DNA from: Candidatus Bathyarchaeota archaeon
GTDB taxonomy: Archaea > Thermoproteota > Bathyarchaeia > 40CM-2-53-6
Length of the DNA: 64,000 nucleotides
Assembly: GCA_963833125.1 (NCBI GenBank)
Contig: CAWHWX010000001.1
Coordinates: 345,702 to 409,701 of the forward strand
Reading direction: 5' to 3'
Below are positions 20,902 through 32,181 of the stretch, piece by piece. Position 1 is the stretch's first letter, and the number at the start of each line of letters is the position of its first letter. Made by a program: the position numbers and the translations under genes. A model generated the notes under the pieces. That model made no database searches. It had not been told where the DNA came from and saw only the letters and a program-made list of their open reading frames with translations.

Positions 20902-21866
20902 GCAACATCGTCGAAGTAAACAACCTCACGGTTTCCTTCATCGTTAGGGGAGGAAACCTATTGCTGTTCGAGAGAGGATCCGGAATGATGAACGTAGTTA
21001 ACGACGTCACTTTCAATGTAAGGGAAGGTGAAACTTTTGGCTTAGCCGGTGAGACCGGATCTGGAAAATCAATAATAGCTTGGGTTCTCGTTGGCCTATT
21101 CAAGCCGAGGTCTGGGTCCGTCAAGTTACTCGGTAAGGAGATAAACTTCCGAAAGAAAGCGGACGTGACCTACCTTAGGCGAAATGTCGGAATCGTCTTT
21201 CAAGATCCAGTCGGTTCGCTAAACCCGCGTTTACGTGTTAAGGACATCATAGAGGAGGCCCTAGTGGCCGCTAGAACCTTCAACCGACGAGATTATGATA
21301 GCAGAATCGAAGAGACGATTGATTTAGTTGGATTGAGAAAGAGCTGCCTCGAGGCATATCCGAGGGAGCTCAGCGGTGGCGAGAAACAGAGAGTCAGCCT
21401 TGCTAGAGCTATTGCGGTGCCGAGAAAAATGTTGGTGCTCGACGAACCCACTAGTTCATTGGACGTATCGGTCCAGGCCCAAGTTTTGAACACATTGAAA
21501 GAATTGAAGTCAAAGTTGCATCTCTCCTACTTCTTCATAACTCATGACATCAACGTCATGAAGTACATGAGCGACTCGCTCGGTATCCTCTATTATGGAA
21601 AGCTCCTGGAAGTAGGACCGACCTATGATGTTGTGACAAATCCTCAGCATCCGTTCACGGTGAGGCTGATGTCAAACGTCCCCGGAGTCAGGCGCGGTGA
21701 ACTTCGGCAGGAGGAAGATGGAGGGGAGCGTGGATCATCACCGACCGGATGTGTGTACAGTAAGGTATGCCCGCACGTCTTTGAAAGATGCAGTAATTCT
21801 CCACCAATGTTCGAGTCAGGTTCCGGACATTTTGCCTCTTGCTTCCTTCTCGACAAGAGTAGTTAA
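20898..21866 (+). CDS. oppF: Oligopeptide/dipeptide ABC transporter ATPase
   Basis: GETGSGKS, LSGGEKQR, LDEPTSSLD. Confidence 0.88.
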   Translation: MSNIVEVNNLTVSFIVRGGNLLLFERGSGMMNVVNDVTFNVREGETFGLAGETGSGKSIIAWVLVGLFKPRSGSVKLLGKEINFRKKADVTYLRRNVGIVFQDPVGSLNPRLRVKDIIEEALVAARTFNRRDYDSRIEETIDLVGLRKSCLEAYPRELSGGEKQRVSLARAIAVPRKMLVLDEPTSSLDVSVQAQVLNTLKELKSKLHLSYFFITHDINVMKYMSDSLGILYYGKLLEVGPTYDVVTNPQHPFTVRLMSNVPGVRRGELRQEEDGGERGSSPTGCVYSKVCPHVFERCSNSPPMFESGSGHFASCFLLDKSS

Positions 21867-21884
21867 CGCGTTACGGTTAGGGAA

Positions 21885-22862
21885 TTAGTTTGAGGCTTGC
21901 TGTGGGGATGTTCGTTGCTTTGCTAGTTCCTGTTTGAGAATTTCGGGCGCTTTTCCGAATACTCTTCCTTCGAAGAGGATGTAGGGTCTGACTTTCACGT
22001 CGGATGCTTCTCTGGCACCTTCGCCTAGGAAACTGAAGCCAACGACGAGAAGCATTGTGATGAAAGCCGGGAAAAGAGCCTGCCACGGGTAACTGTAAAG
22101 ACCATAACTGATCGAACCTACCATTATCCCAAGCTCTGGAGTATTTGGTGGAATCCCAATCCCCAAGAAACCCAGTATGGATACTTCAAGCAGAGCCGTT
22201 CCGATATCGAGAGTTGCGTATGTTAGAACGGCCGGCAATATGTTTGGGAGAATACCTTTCAGGATTATGTGAGTGAACGATGAGTTCAATGCTTTCGAGA
22301 TTGAAATGAAATCTTCCGCAACAACCTCCAAAACGCCCCCCCTCACTAGCCTCACATAGGGTGGCCACCAAACGAACACGAACGCCAGCATTGCGTTGAC
22401 CAAACCTGCTCCTAACGTCGCGGCCACCGCTAACACCATAATGATCGTCGGAAAGGCCAAGAAGAGGTCGGTAATTCGCATGATGACCTCATCCACGAGG
22501 CCTCCCAAGTAGCCCGCCGCCATACCGAGAAATATTCCCAGCACAGACGAGAGTAGAACTATCGCGATTGGCAAACCCAAGTCAATGGGCAAGGCGGCTA
22601 TGACTCGAGAGAATATGTCTCTACCCTGAAAGTCCGTGCCAAAGAAATGGGCCAAGCTCGGCGGCAGATTGGATTCCTGAAGGTTCAGTGCGTATGGGCT
22701 GTAAGGAGTGATCCGCCCGCCAAAAATCGTGAAAGCTACAGCTAGACTCACGGATATGATTACGATGGTCAATCCAAAGGTTGAGAGCCGGTTGGATAGG
22801 ACCAGTTGCCTGAACTTAAATGACTGCGCCGTTGTGACCACCAATTCCGATTCTAGGATCAA
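21885..22862 (-). CDS. oppC: Peptide ABC transporter permease
   Basis: HFFGTDFQGRDIFSRV, DEVIMRITDLFLAFP. Confidence 0.88.
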   Translation of the reverse strand: MILESELVVTTAQSFKFRQLVLSNRLSTFGLTIVIISVSLAVAFTIFGGRITPYSPYALNLQESNLPPSLAHFFGTDFQGRDIFSRVIAALPIDLGLPIAIVLLSSVLGIFLGMAAGYLGGLVDEVIMRITDLFLAFPTIIMVLAVAATLGAGLVNAMLAFVFVWWPPYVRLVRGGVLEVVAEDFISISKALNSSFTHIILKGILPNILPAVLTYATLDIGTALLEVSILGFLGIGIPPNTPELGIMVGSISYGLYSYPWQALFPAFITMLLVVGFSFLGEGAREASDVKVRPYILFEGRVFGKAPEILKQELAKQRTSPQQASN

Positions 22863-23873
22863 GAAGCGAGTAGGCTACATCCGCGACGAAATTAGCCACA
22901 ATTACCCCAAGAGTGAATACTACTACGATTGGAATCAGGACAGGATAATCGCTGCTGAAAATTGCCTGGTAAGCGAATTGACCTAAACCAGGCCACGCGA
23001 ACAACTCCTCAACTACTAAAGTGCTAGTTAAGACCCAACCGAAAATTACAGCACTAAGGCTAGTCGCGTCAATCAAAGCATTCCGTAGAATATGCTTACG
23101 CCTAACTTCATTTTCACTCAACCCCTTTGCCCGTGCAGTCTTCACGTGCGTTGACCATCGAACATTTAGAATGGAAGATCGAACCGCTCTGGAAATTAGC
23201 CCAAAATTCACGAAGGCAAGAGCCGCGGCTGGAAGAATCAAATGTTGAAGTCCCGACAAAAACGCGGACATGTTGAGTGCTAGAAGTGCGTCGATTAGGA
23301 AAATGCCTGTCACGGGTTGGGGTGGCGTGATAGATAATGAGTACATACCGCCTGACGGGAATATTGGGATGTAGTTTGCGAATACAAGGATGGCCACGAT
23401 TGCTGCCAGGTACATTGGCGTTGACCAAGAAACCAAGTAGGCTATTCTTGCAATTGAGTCTCCAAGTGTACTGAAGTGCATTCCCTGCAAAGTACCCTAC
23501 GGCTACTCCTACTATGACGAGGATGACGAATGAGAAGAGCACTAGCTCAAGGGTGTTCGGAAGGTAGAATCGAATTTCGGAGAGAATCGTTTGACCAGTT
23601 AGCGGGTCGATGCCGAAGTTTCCGGTGAAAAGGTCTCGCATGAAGTAATAATATTGAGAGTACAGCGGCTCATTCAAGTGGTATCTTGCTGTCACTGCAA
23701 GAATCGTGGACTCACGGGCTCTCGGGCCCGCCCACAGTCGTGCCGGGTCGGGGTTGAGTATGTGCGAGATGAAGAAAATGATGGTAACGGTTCCTATGGA
23801 TACGAGTATCGAGCCTACTATTCTTCTTCCAAGAACTGGAAGAAAATCTTTGAAGTAGACCAGAACGGGTCAT
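22816..23873 (-). CDS. oppB: Peptide ABC transporter permease (frameshifted)
   Basis: DPARLWAG, LPNTLEL, TARAKGLSE...HILRNAL, VEELFAWPGLG. Confidence 0.85.
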
Positions 23874-25737
23874 CTATGAAGTGTAATGTACCGTATTGTA
23901 GAACATGAAGTATCCCATGCCTGATCCGGCAGGGTTAGGAATCATTCCGGCGACGTTGCTTCTGTTCGTCGCCATGAAGTATGGTACGTATAGCCAAATG
24001 TTCGTGTAGTCGTAATACATGGCTCGGGTAATTTGTTGAAAGTTCTGGATTATCGTGTTTTGATCTAGTGCGGTTGCTGCTGACGTCGTCCAACCGGCTA
24101 CGGTCGAGTTGGAGAATCCGGAGAATCCGACTTGGCCAGTTGTAGTTAGAGCGGACACGTAGTCTATGCTCGCGGTGTAGTCTTCACTATAGTAGCTTAT
24201 GCCGAACGGATATGCGGTACTGTTTACATTTCCAGTTGAGGTTACCACATTCGCGTATTGCTTGAACGTAAGGGGACTGAGGGTTATCGTAACTCCTATC
24301 GTTTGGAGTTCTGATGATATGATTTGTGCAGTTTGGGCTTCAGGTGAACTGTCAGCGTCGTAAAGAAAGTTCACTGAAGGGAACGCTTTCCCCGTAGGGT
24401 TCAGAGTTGTCCCGTTAGGTAGGGTGGACTTGTAACCTGCCTGAGCAAGTAAGGATGCGGCCTGAGTTGGGTCGAACTGGTAAGGCTGCAAGCCCTGTGT
24501 CGATTCATTGTAGTAGGGGAACCCTGGCGGAACAGGACCAATCCATTGAGTCGCCAGATCATTGTACACTGAATGGATTATAGATTTGTAATCGATCGCG
24601 TAGGAGATGGCTTCTCTGACTCGGCGGTCTTGAAATGCTGGGAATGCATATGGATCCATGTAAACGAAGATAATGCTTGCCGAGGATCCGAAAGCAGTAG
24701 GCAGGATCGTCGTGGTGATACCTGCGGCTTGCTGAAGAACGCTGTACTGAGTGGGAGGCGCTTCGATCATTTGAGCTGTGTTGGATTGTAAATCAGCGAT
24801 CATTGCGGATGCGGCTTTGTAATAGAAACTAATTGTGTCAAGGACCGCAGGCTGAATTGCATAATTGCTTTCAGATGCTGGAAGACTTGTTCCCCAGTAA
24901 TTCGGATTCTTGGTTAGCGTTACGCTCTGTCCCTGAACCCAGGACTGCAATTCGTAGAAACTGGTTCCTAAGGCGTTGGTTTCCATGTAATTATTCGGTT
25001 GCCCCGCAACTACGCCGCCGTTCGCTTCCACAACTTTCGGGTCTACAGCCATGGCCATTGGCGTAATGAGGGTCGCCGGAAACTGCGGAATACGGTGAAT
25101 TGCCGTTGTAACCATATCCTAGGTGGATAACCAATTGATTGGGTGACACAGCTTGAATCGATTGGTTTGCAAAAGTCAAGTAATTGAGATCCTTCGGTGA
25201 AGGGTTAGTGTAGTTGATGGAATTTAGTATGCTGTCGGTTATGTTGAATCCAGCGCCATTTGTTGTACCCAGATTCTGGCCAAGAATCCAAGCAGGTGCT
25301 TGATTCATGACGAGCGTTCTGTATATTGAGAACCACATTACGTACGCATTGAATGGATCTCCATTGCTGAAAGTTACTCCCGGCCTGAGCGAGAACGTGT
25401 AGGTCATCCCGTCGGATGAAACCGTCCAATTCTGAGCGAGGACACCGATGTATGTGGTGTAGCTCGTGCCGTCCGGCGCCAATAATCCCTGATAGACTTG
25501 CTCAATGATTTCCCACCCAGGAGTCGTATAGCCAACCGCCGGATCCAACGAATCAGGCTGACTTTCCTCTTCCACTACCAGCGACGTGGGCAGTTGACTA
25601 GTTGAAACACCGGTTGTTGTGCTTGGCGTCTTGATTACGGAGTAAAAGTAAACTACGCCCACGACGGCGACGATAAGGACCACAATTATTGCGATACCCT
25701 GTATCTTGCTAATGCCCGATTTCTGCAATCGATTCAC
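23874..25737 (-). CDS. oppA: Peptide ABC transporter substrate-binding protein (frameshift near 25085)
   Basis: N-terminal TM anchor, SLDPAVGY, YTFSLRPGVTFSNGDPFNA, VREAISYAID. Confidence 0.88.
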
Positions 25738-25887
25738 CCAATGAGTAATCGACTAGTTGCGAGTAGAAGATACGTCGAAGCACGCGATTTTAACATTTGG
25801 CATTTGACTCCCACGAATCTACTCAGATGGCTTCTACTTCCTTCAAGCTTCATATGGAGCGGATATGTACCTCAATTGGCCTCATCA

Positions 25888-26475
25888 ATGAACGCGAACT
25901 ATGCACAGCAATGCCCCAGCTGCGACAACACCTCAATGCTCACCAGCCAAACTCAATATGAAGTAGACCACTTTGGGGCAGTATTGCTAAGCGTAGCCGT
26001 ATGCCAAAGGTGTGGCTACAAACATTCAGACGTCATCACGCTCACTAACCGCGAAGCCACTGCCCTAACTGCCAAGATAAATTCTCTCGACGATCTGAAT
26101 ATGCGGGTAATCAAGTCCGGAACTGCAACGATCAGCATCCCGGAATTCGGAGCGACAATCACCCCCGGTCCATACAGCGAAGGTTACATCTCAAACGTAG
26201 AAGGCCTCCTCGGGAAAATAGAAGATGCCCTAACATTCATGCTCAGTACGGCGAAGGGAAAACGCTTGAAAAAAGGAGAGACAATGTTGAAGAAAATGCG
26301 AATGGCACGAGATTCGAAACCCCGATTCACCCTTATCATCAAGGACCCCCTCGGAAATAGCGCGATCGTATCTACAAACCCGCGGAAAGTTAGAAAACGC
26401 AAGTTGACAAATCGAGAACTACGAAACGTTAAGTTTGGCCAATATGCAATTTTGGAAAATGTAACTCAAAACTGA
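25888..26475 (+). CDS. ZPR1 zinc-finger domain protein
   Basis: CPSC...CQRCGYK, GYISNVEGLL, FTLIIKDPLGNS. Confidence 0.88.
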   Translation: MNANYAQQCPSCDNTSMLTSQTQYEVDHFGAVLLSVAVCQRCGYKHSDVITLTNREATALTAKINSLDDLNMRVIKSGTATISIPEFGATITPGPYSEGYISNVEGLLGKIEDALTFMLSTAKGKRLKKGETMLKKMRMARDSKPRFTLIIKDPLGNSAIVSTNPRKVRKRKLTNRELRNVKFGQYAILENVTQN

Positions 26476-26507
26476 AACTTCGGGTACAAAACTGAGGCGC
26501 AACCATC

Positions 26508-27534
26508 TTGCAGGAACAGCCGATCGGATGGAGCAATGGGATAATAGTGAATACTGGCTCGTCGCGCCTTCTCTTCGATCCAACTTTAGGTAGGCGTTTA
26601 GGTGAGGATTGGAATGTTTTCATCACTCACGCACATTCAGACCATACCTATGGTTTTGGAACTTCCGCGAGAAAACATTCCACGCCGGAGACCTTGCGCA
26701 TCTACGAATCACTTTCAAAACGTACAGTCAAGAACGATCAGACCATAAAGATCGGCGAGAGAATGCGATTTGATGATACTGAAGTCAAGGTCCTCGATGC
26801 TGGTCACATGCTTGGTTCCTGCCAGTTCCAGCTCATCGCTCCCGAATTTACTGCGCTCTATACAGGCGACATCAACTGCGTCGATACACTGACTACCAAG
26901 GCGGCAGATGCTGAGCCATGCGATTTTCTGATTATAGAAGCTACGTATGGTCATCCGTCATATGTGTTCCCAAAAAGAGACACCATATACGCCGACATCA
27001 TTCGATGGACAATGACGGAGATAAATGACGACAAGTTACCAACTTTCCAAGTTTACTCATCAGGTAAACCGCAAGACATCGTCCGCCTCTTCAACGTCTA
27101 CACCAAAATCCCAGTCGTATGCGCACCCGGTATAGCGGCAGCAAACCTTGTCCACAATGAAAACGGCGTCCAACTCGAATACCTAGATTCTTCGACCCCT
27201 GACGGAAAGCACGCGCTGAAATCGAGGGGATGCATCTACGTTACGACTACTCGAGGAAATCAGGTGCCCCATAATGCTTCAAGAGCAGTTGCTACAGGTT
27301 GGGCTCTACGAGAGGCTTTTCGCAGTTTTACAGCCTTTCCCCTGAGTAGCCACGCTGACTATCAATCAGCTCATGCAATTTATCGCGGCCGTCAACCCGA
27401 AAGCGGTGTTCATCTTCACAGGATACATAGATCTGTTGTCGGCCCAGATAGAAAGGAAGCTAGGCATCAAAGCTGGGCCACTGCCTGTACTCGCGCAGAC
27501 GAAGTTAGCCGACTTTACGCGAAAGGCTACTTGA
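26508..27534 (+). CDS. Metallo-beta-lactamase / beta-CASP nuclease (frameshift near 27365)
   Basis: THAHSDH, AGHMLGS, YTGD, IEATYG, LSSHAD. Confidence 0.85.
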
Positions 27535-27706
27535 AAGTCACATACATGAAGAGACTTACGGCAACAAGGCCGATTGCTCCCATAATTACAACCTCGGGCC
27601 TTACCTTTACTCCCGGAGTCTCCTCTTCAAAGAACCGAAGTAAGCCGGCACTGGCAGCGGGCATTGGCGATTCTCGTTTGCGTCTTTTCTCACGTGCGGT
27701 TGACAT
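27527..27706 (-). CDS. secG: Preprotein translocase subunit Sec61beta/SecG
   Basis: MSTAREKRRKRESPMPAASAGLLRFFEEETPGVKVRPEVVIMGAIGLVAVSLFMYVTFK*; 59 aa, missed by the ORF track. Confidence 0.88.
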   Translation of the reverse strand: MSTAREKRRKRESPMPAASAGLLRFFEEETPGVKVRPEVVIMGAIGLVAVSLFMYVTFK

Positions 27707-27783
27707 TATTTACTAGGTCCCTGCTGGTTGGTTTTGGACGACGCTCAATTAAACTTTCATTTAGTGCATTAGGAGACGGATTG

Positions 27784-29144
27784 TTATCGGATTTTGATGT
27801 ATTCGTATGCTTTCCTTGCGCTTTCGAAGCAATAGTGGACGTCCTGGAAATTCTTTCGCAATTCTGCAACGTCCTGTTTGACTTTCTTCGGGTCTTCCTT
27901 GTTGATTACTACACTCTTGATGAGCCTTGCGATCTCACTCATTTCATTCTTCCCCATCCCTATTCGGGTTATTTCCGAGGTTCCTATGCGTATCCCGCCT
28001 GGATTCTGATAATGCCGCCCGGCTTTAATGTCACCAGGAAGTAGCTGACGATTCACGATGATGTTAGCCGCTTCGAGTGCCCTCTCCGCATCTCCTCCAA
28101 GGGTGTACTTGGTAACGTCTACGGCGATTTGATGTGACTCCGTGAAGCCCTTACTCTCCCCAAGAAGAGAGAACCCCGTCTCATGTAATGCCTGCCCCAG
28201 AGCTTTCGGCGTTATCAATAACTTGCACAACGTACTGCTTCCCGAACTCCAACATCTCCGCAAAAGCAACGGCCTTCCCAGCCAAATTATGCAGGTGGTG
28301 GTTACTCGTATTCGATGGGAATGTCGCTTTCTTAATTTGATCACCATATTTATCGAACGACAACACAGCGCCCCCCTGAGGCCCGAAGAGCGTCTTATGA
28401 GTACTCAAACATACGGCGTCAACTCCTTCTCTCAGCGGATCCTGAAAACGCCCACCCGCAATGAGACCACCGACGTGAGCGGCGTCGTATGCTATTTTGG
28501 CGCCAACCGAATGCAAAGCGTCCGCAAGTTCGCGGATTGGTTGTGGGAATAGGAATAGGCTGCAACCAAACATCGCGAGTTTCGGCGGCTTATGCTCTTC
28601 CTCAGCCATCTTCCGTATTTTCTCCTTCGTCTTGTCAACGTCAATATTCATCTCCTCTTTGTCGAACGCGAAGTACTCCACGTCAAGGCCGTGTACGGAA
28701 CCGGCGGTTCCGTTGAACTCCTTTCTTCCCGTAGAAATGTGCCCACCGTTCGGGATGGCCATGGCTAACATGCGGTCACCTGGATTTGTGAAAGTAGTGT
28801 AGACGACTAGGTTGGCACAAACTCCAGAGACGGGTCGAACGTCAACGAATTCGGCTTTGAACAGATCCTTTGCTAGGTCGATGCAGATTCGTTCAACTTG
28901 ATCTATGTATACGCATCCGGCGTATACTCGTTCCCCGACCCATCCTTGCGTAGACTCGACAGGATGTCTAGGTCTATTCCGCGTAACGGTTGCCGAAGTC
29001 GGAAACGATTGCTTCGCGCACCGCCGGGCTGGGAACGTTTTCGGATGCGATCAATGGTATCGATTCGGAGAACCACTTATGGTGCTGCTCCAGTAGTTGG
29101 AGCACCTTGTTGCGGGACTCCTTTGGCTGTGGTAACTCAAACAC
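27784..29144 (-). CDS. glyA: Serine hydroxymethyltransferase, interrupted by a 31-nt insertion (28946-28976) and a 1-nt frameshift near 28205
   Basis: LIASEN, GNRYAE|GWVGERVYAGC, GGHIS, YDAAHVGGLIAG, STHKTLFGPQGG, GIRIGT. Confidence 0.93.
28946..28976 (-). other. Candidate 31-nt BHB-like mRNA intron in glyA
   Basis: TAGACCTAGACATCCTGTCGAGTCTACGCAA; its removal restores YAE-GWVGER in frame; forms a hairpin with a relaxed BHB. Confidence 0.6.
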
Positions 29145-29231
29145 CCCACCCAAGGTGGTTCCCTAGGTCTCTAAATGCCTTTTGCCCTGAGAGTCCTCTG
29201 TAACGAAGTCTCTTGGAGTTGCTAGGTCCCA

Positions 29232-29594
29232 TTAACCTATGCTTAGGTTCCAGAAGTAACCTAGAATGAGGCTGACAATTAGAATCAGCATCACAGAACC
29301 TGTAACGAAAACGAACTTGCGGTCATGATTCGCGGCAAAAACTAGAATGGAAAGGAAAACGCGGGTAATTGGGGTCGCGATCAAAAGTATTGTTCCAACC
29401 ATCAGAATTGCTGAAGCACGCATGGCAATCAGTTGCTGAACAAAATCATTCAGGCTAGTGTATCTTACCAACGTCGCCTGCATTGGATTGGGGTTCTGTA
29501 AGAGGAATAGGATTAATCCGAATATGTAAACGACGGAGCTTGAAATCATTCCTACAACCAAAACGACGTACATTGCCCTATTCAAGTCAACCAT
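29232..29594 (-). CDS. DUF1634-like membrane protein
   Basis: GTILLIATPITRV motif; adjacent to the TauE gene. Confidence 0.75.
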   Translation of the reverse strand: MVDLNRAMYVVLVVGMISSSVVYIFGLILFLLQNPNPMQATLVRYTSLNDFVQQLIAMRASAILMVGTILLIATPITRVFLSILVFAANHDRKFVFVTGSVMLILIVSLILGYFWNLSIG

Positions 29595-29600
29595 TGTGGC

Positions 29601-30495
29601 TCACCCCAAGATTGGAATCTTGATTCCAAACGACACGAGCGCCTGCGCGAACATGGTATACGCGAGGTATGCAACTAAGAGGCCGAACGCGACTTTCAAC
29701 AGCGTAACTGCGAAGCCTGTTCATAATTGCAGTGCCAAGCGTCGCGCCTAGCGTAGTTCCAAGCGCGATCGGTGCAAGGACGTACACGTTCACCAATCCG
29801 GTAACGAAGAAGAGGAGCGCCCCAACTGCGGCTGTTACACCTATCATGAATTTGCTTGTAGCGATCGCGGCTTTCAACGGGACATTCATGGTCAAGTTCA
29901 TCGCTGCCACTTTGATGATTCCGCCTCCGACGCCCAGCAGCCCTGCGGTGATTCCGGCGAAGCTTGAGATTACCGCTCCCTTGACGGTGCCATTGACAAC
30001 GTAGTCTACCTCCTTCTTCTCCGAACCGTCAAAGTAGGAACCTGTGAGTCCCAAGTATTTCGATATGCGATCTTGCTTTGCGCTGGTAAACTCATTCTTG
30101 GCGATTCGCTTTTCTTCCATCGATCTTGATTTAAGATTGGAGACCGCAACGTAAGACAGCAATACGCCGAAGATCATGAATAGTACCCAACTTTGAAGAA
30201 GCAGCGCGACAACGCTACCTACGAGAGCTCCGGCGGTGGTGGCTACTTCAAGATACATGGCGAGCTTGATGTTTGTGATTTTCTGCTCTAGATATGAAGA
30301 TCCACCGGCATTCGAGGTAGCGATCACTGAAACGAGACTGATCGCTATTGCCTGATGGATTGGCACACCCATAAACACGGTTAGAAATGGAACAATGATG
30401 GCTCCGCCCCCTATCCCGAAAAGACCGCCGAAGAAACCAGCAAATATTGCTGTCAAGAAACAGATCGCCAGAAAACCGAGAGTAATTTCCATCAA
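29601..30495 (-). CDS. TauE/SafE (TSUP) family transporter (C-terminal frameshift)
   Basis: GGLFGIGGGAIIVP, GLLGVGGGIIKV, AIATSKFMIGVTA. Confidence 0.85.
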
Positions 30496-30563
30496 AGCAC
30501 ATGCACCATCGCAGATAGCGAGTTAGGCCCCTGTGTGAGTGCCGCTATCTGCCTTTCTACCAA

Positions 30564-31229
30564 TTATTGAGAGCGCCTCATCTCTCTTAGAAAACGGCCC
30601 GTCTTGTTACGCATGTGATGATGCATGAGCCACCTGAAGTCTTTCGGTTCGTCCACATCAAAACTGATTCCGATTGATCTTATCACTCGGCGGGAGACGC
30701 CTTGCCTATCCGCAAGAGCCAGATGCCTTTGGAAACTATCTATTCCGAAGACATTGCGAATTACTCCAGGCGGATGCATCAGCAGAGCATTTGTCCCGGT
30801 TCCATCTTTCGAGGGTGTAAGCGCCACGGAATAACCGGCGGCCTGATCGAGAAAGTTGGCGATCTCACGGGGAGTGATCAATGGAATGTCGGCGGGCATT
30901 ATTAGTGCGGCTGAGGCGCCTCGGTGTTGCGATTCATTGATGGCCAACCGGACTCCCTTATTCAAGCCACGCCTCTTGCCCTCCCAAAGCCAACTGGCAC
31001 CATGGGACCGTGCGATTTTCCCGACTGCGTAATCGGCGCTCACAACCGTTACGCCATCAAGCCTCTTGACCTTTCTCAGGACTTCGAGAACATCTACTAA
31101 CATTGCAACGGAAAGGTGGGCTCTTTGGGCAGGGTTCAGTACGGTTGCTAGTCTAGTCTTTGACAGCTTCAGGATATTTACGGGAACTACAGCGTGGACT
31201 TTGGCCGGTCTTCGCCGCTTTTTTCTCAA
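30564..31229 (-). CDS. cofC: 2-phospho-L-lactate guanylyltransferase (F420 biosynthesis)
   Basis: AVVPVN...SKTRLA, MPADIPL, GTGTNAL, FDVDEPKD; adjacent to cofD. Confidence 0.85.
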   Translation of the reverse strand: MRKKRRRPAKVHAVVPVNILKLSKTRLATVLNPAQRAHLSVAMLVDVLEVLRKVKRLDGVTVVSADYAVGKIARSHGASWLWEGKRRGLNKGVRLAINESQHRGASAALIMPADIPLITPREIANFLDQAAGYSVALTPSKDGTGTNALLMHPPGVIRNVFGIDSFQRHLALADRQGVSRRVIRSIGISFDVDEPKDFRWLMHHHMRNKTGRFLREMRRSQ

Positions 31230-32152
31230 CGCTTGAATTCACTTGTCGCTGTTCGTGCTAAGTGAATTTTGTCTGTCATGGTTTTCATGAGGGTCTGAGT
31301 CACGATCGGTTTGATGCCGAGTGCTCTTATCTGAGGCGCAAGTTCGACGTCAACTTTGTCGATGATTAGTACATCTAGGAAATCTTTGTAGCATGTTGCT
31401 ACGCCCACCGCGCTTGCTTCTATGCCTGAGGCTTTCATCAATTTGTCAGCTGGACCCTTTACAGTCTTACCGCCCACGATTGGACTGATGCCTAAGACCT
31501 GCGCCTTTGTTTTCTTAAGCGCTGCACGGATACTCTTTACGGCTAAAATTGCTCCTATGCTCACGATAGGATTGCTCGGACAAATTATGATCCCGCTTGC
31601 TTCGTTTATTGATTCAATTACATGCGGTCCAGCCCTTGCGGAATCCGACCCTTTGAAGAGAACGCTCTTGACCTTTGGCCTCGTCTGATGCCTAACCATG
31701 TATTCTTGGAAGTGCATGCGACTCCGGCCGGACAAAACGTAGGTCTGAAGCAGATCGTCAGTTGAAGGAAGAAGCGTCACATCGAGTCCCAAACGCGAAA
31801 CTATACTCGCCGTAGCGGCTGACAACTTCTTACCTTCACGCATTTGTTCAGTGCGGTAGAGGTGCGTTGCCAGATCGCGATCCCCGATATTGAACCATGG
31901 TCTGTAACCATACCTCTGAAGCAGTTTTTGGCAATAGAAGGTGTCTCCTTTGAATCCCCAACCTCTTACCGGATCGACCAAACCGGCGAGGGTGTAAGTG
32001 ACAATGTCTAAGTCGGGAGACACATGAAGGCCGTAGAACTCTATGTCGTCTCCAACATTGCCAATTATCGTGATACGTCTTTGCGGCTCGACTCGAATGA
32101 GACCCTCAAGGAATCTCGCAGCTCCAACCCCGCCGGCTAAAGCGACGATCAA
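31226..32152 (-). CDS. cofD: 2-phospho-L-lactate transferase (F420 biosynthesis)
   Basis: LAGGVGAARF, NVGDD...SPDLD, GDRDLATH, PSNPIVSI, VKGPADKLM. Confidence 0.92.
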   Translation of the reverse strand: MIVALAGGVGAARFLEGLIRVEPQRRITIIGNVGDDIEFYGLHVSPDLDIVTYTLAGLVDPVRGWGFKGDTFYCQKLLQRYGYRPWFNIGDRDLATHLYRTEQMREGKKLSAATASIVSRLGLDVTLLPSTDDLLQTYVLSGRSRMHFQEYMVRHQTRPKVKSVLFKGSDSARAGPHVIESINEASGIIICPSNPIVSIGAILAVKSIRAALKKTKAQVLGISPIVGGKTVKGPADKLMKASGIEASAVGVATCYKDFLDVLIIDKVDVELAPQIRALGIKPIVTQTLMKTMTDKIHLARTATSEFKR

Positions 32153-32181
32153 GGGCTGAACCAGTCGGGAACAGCTATCTG

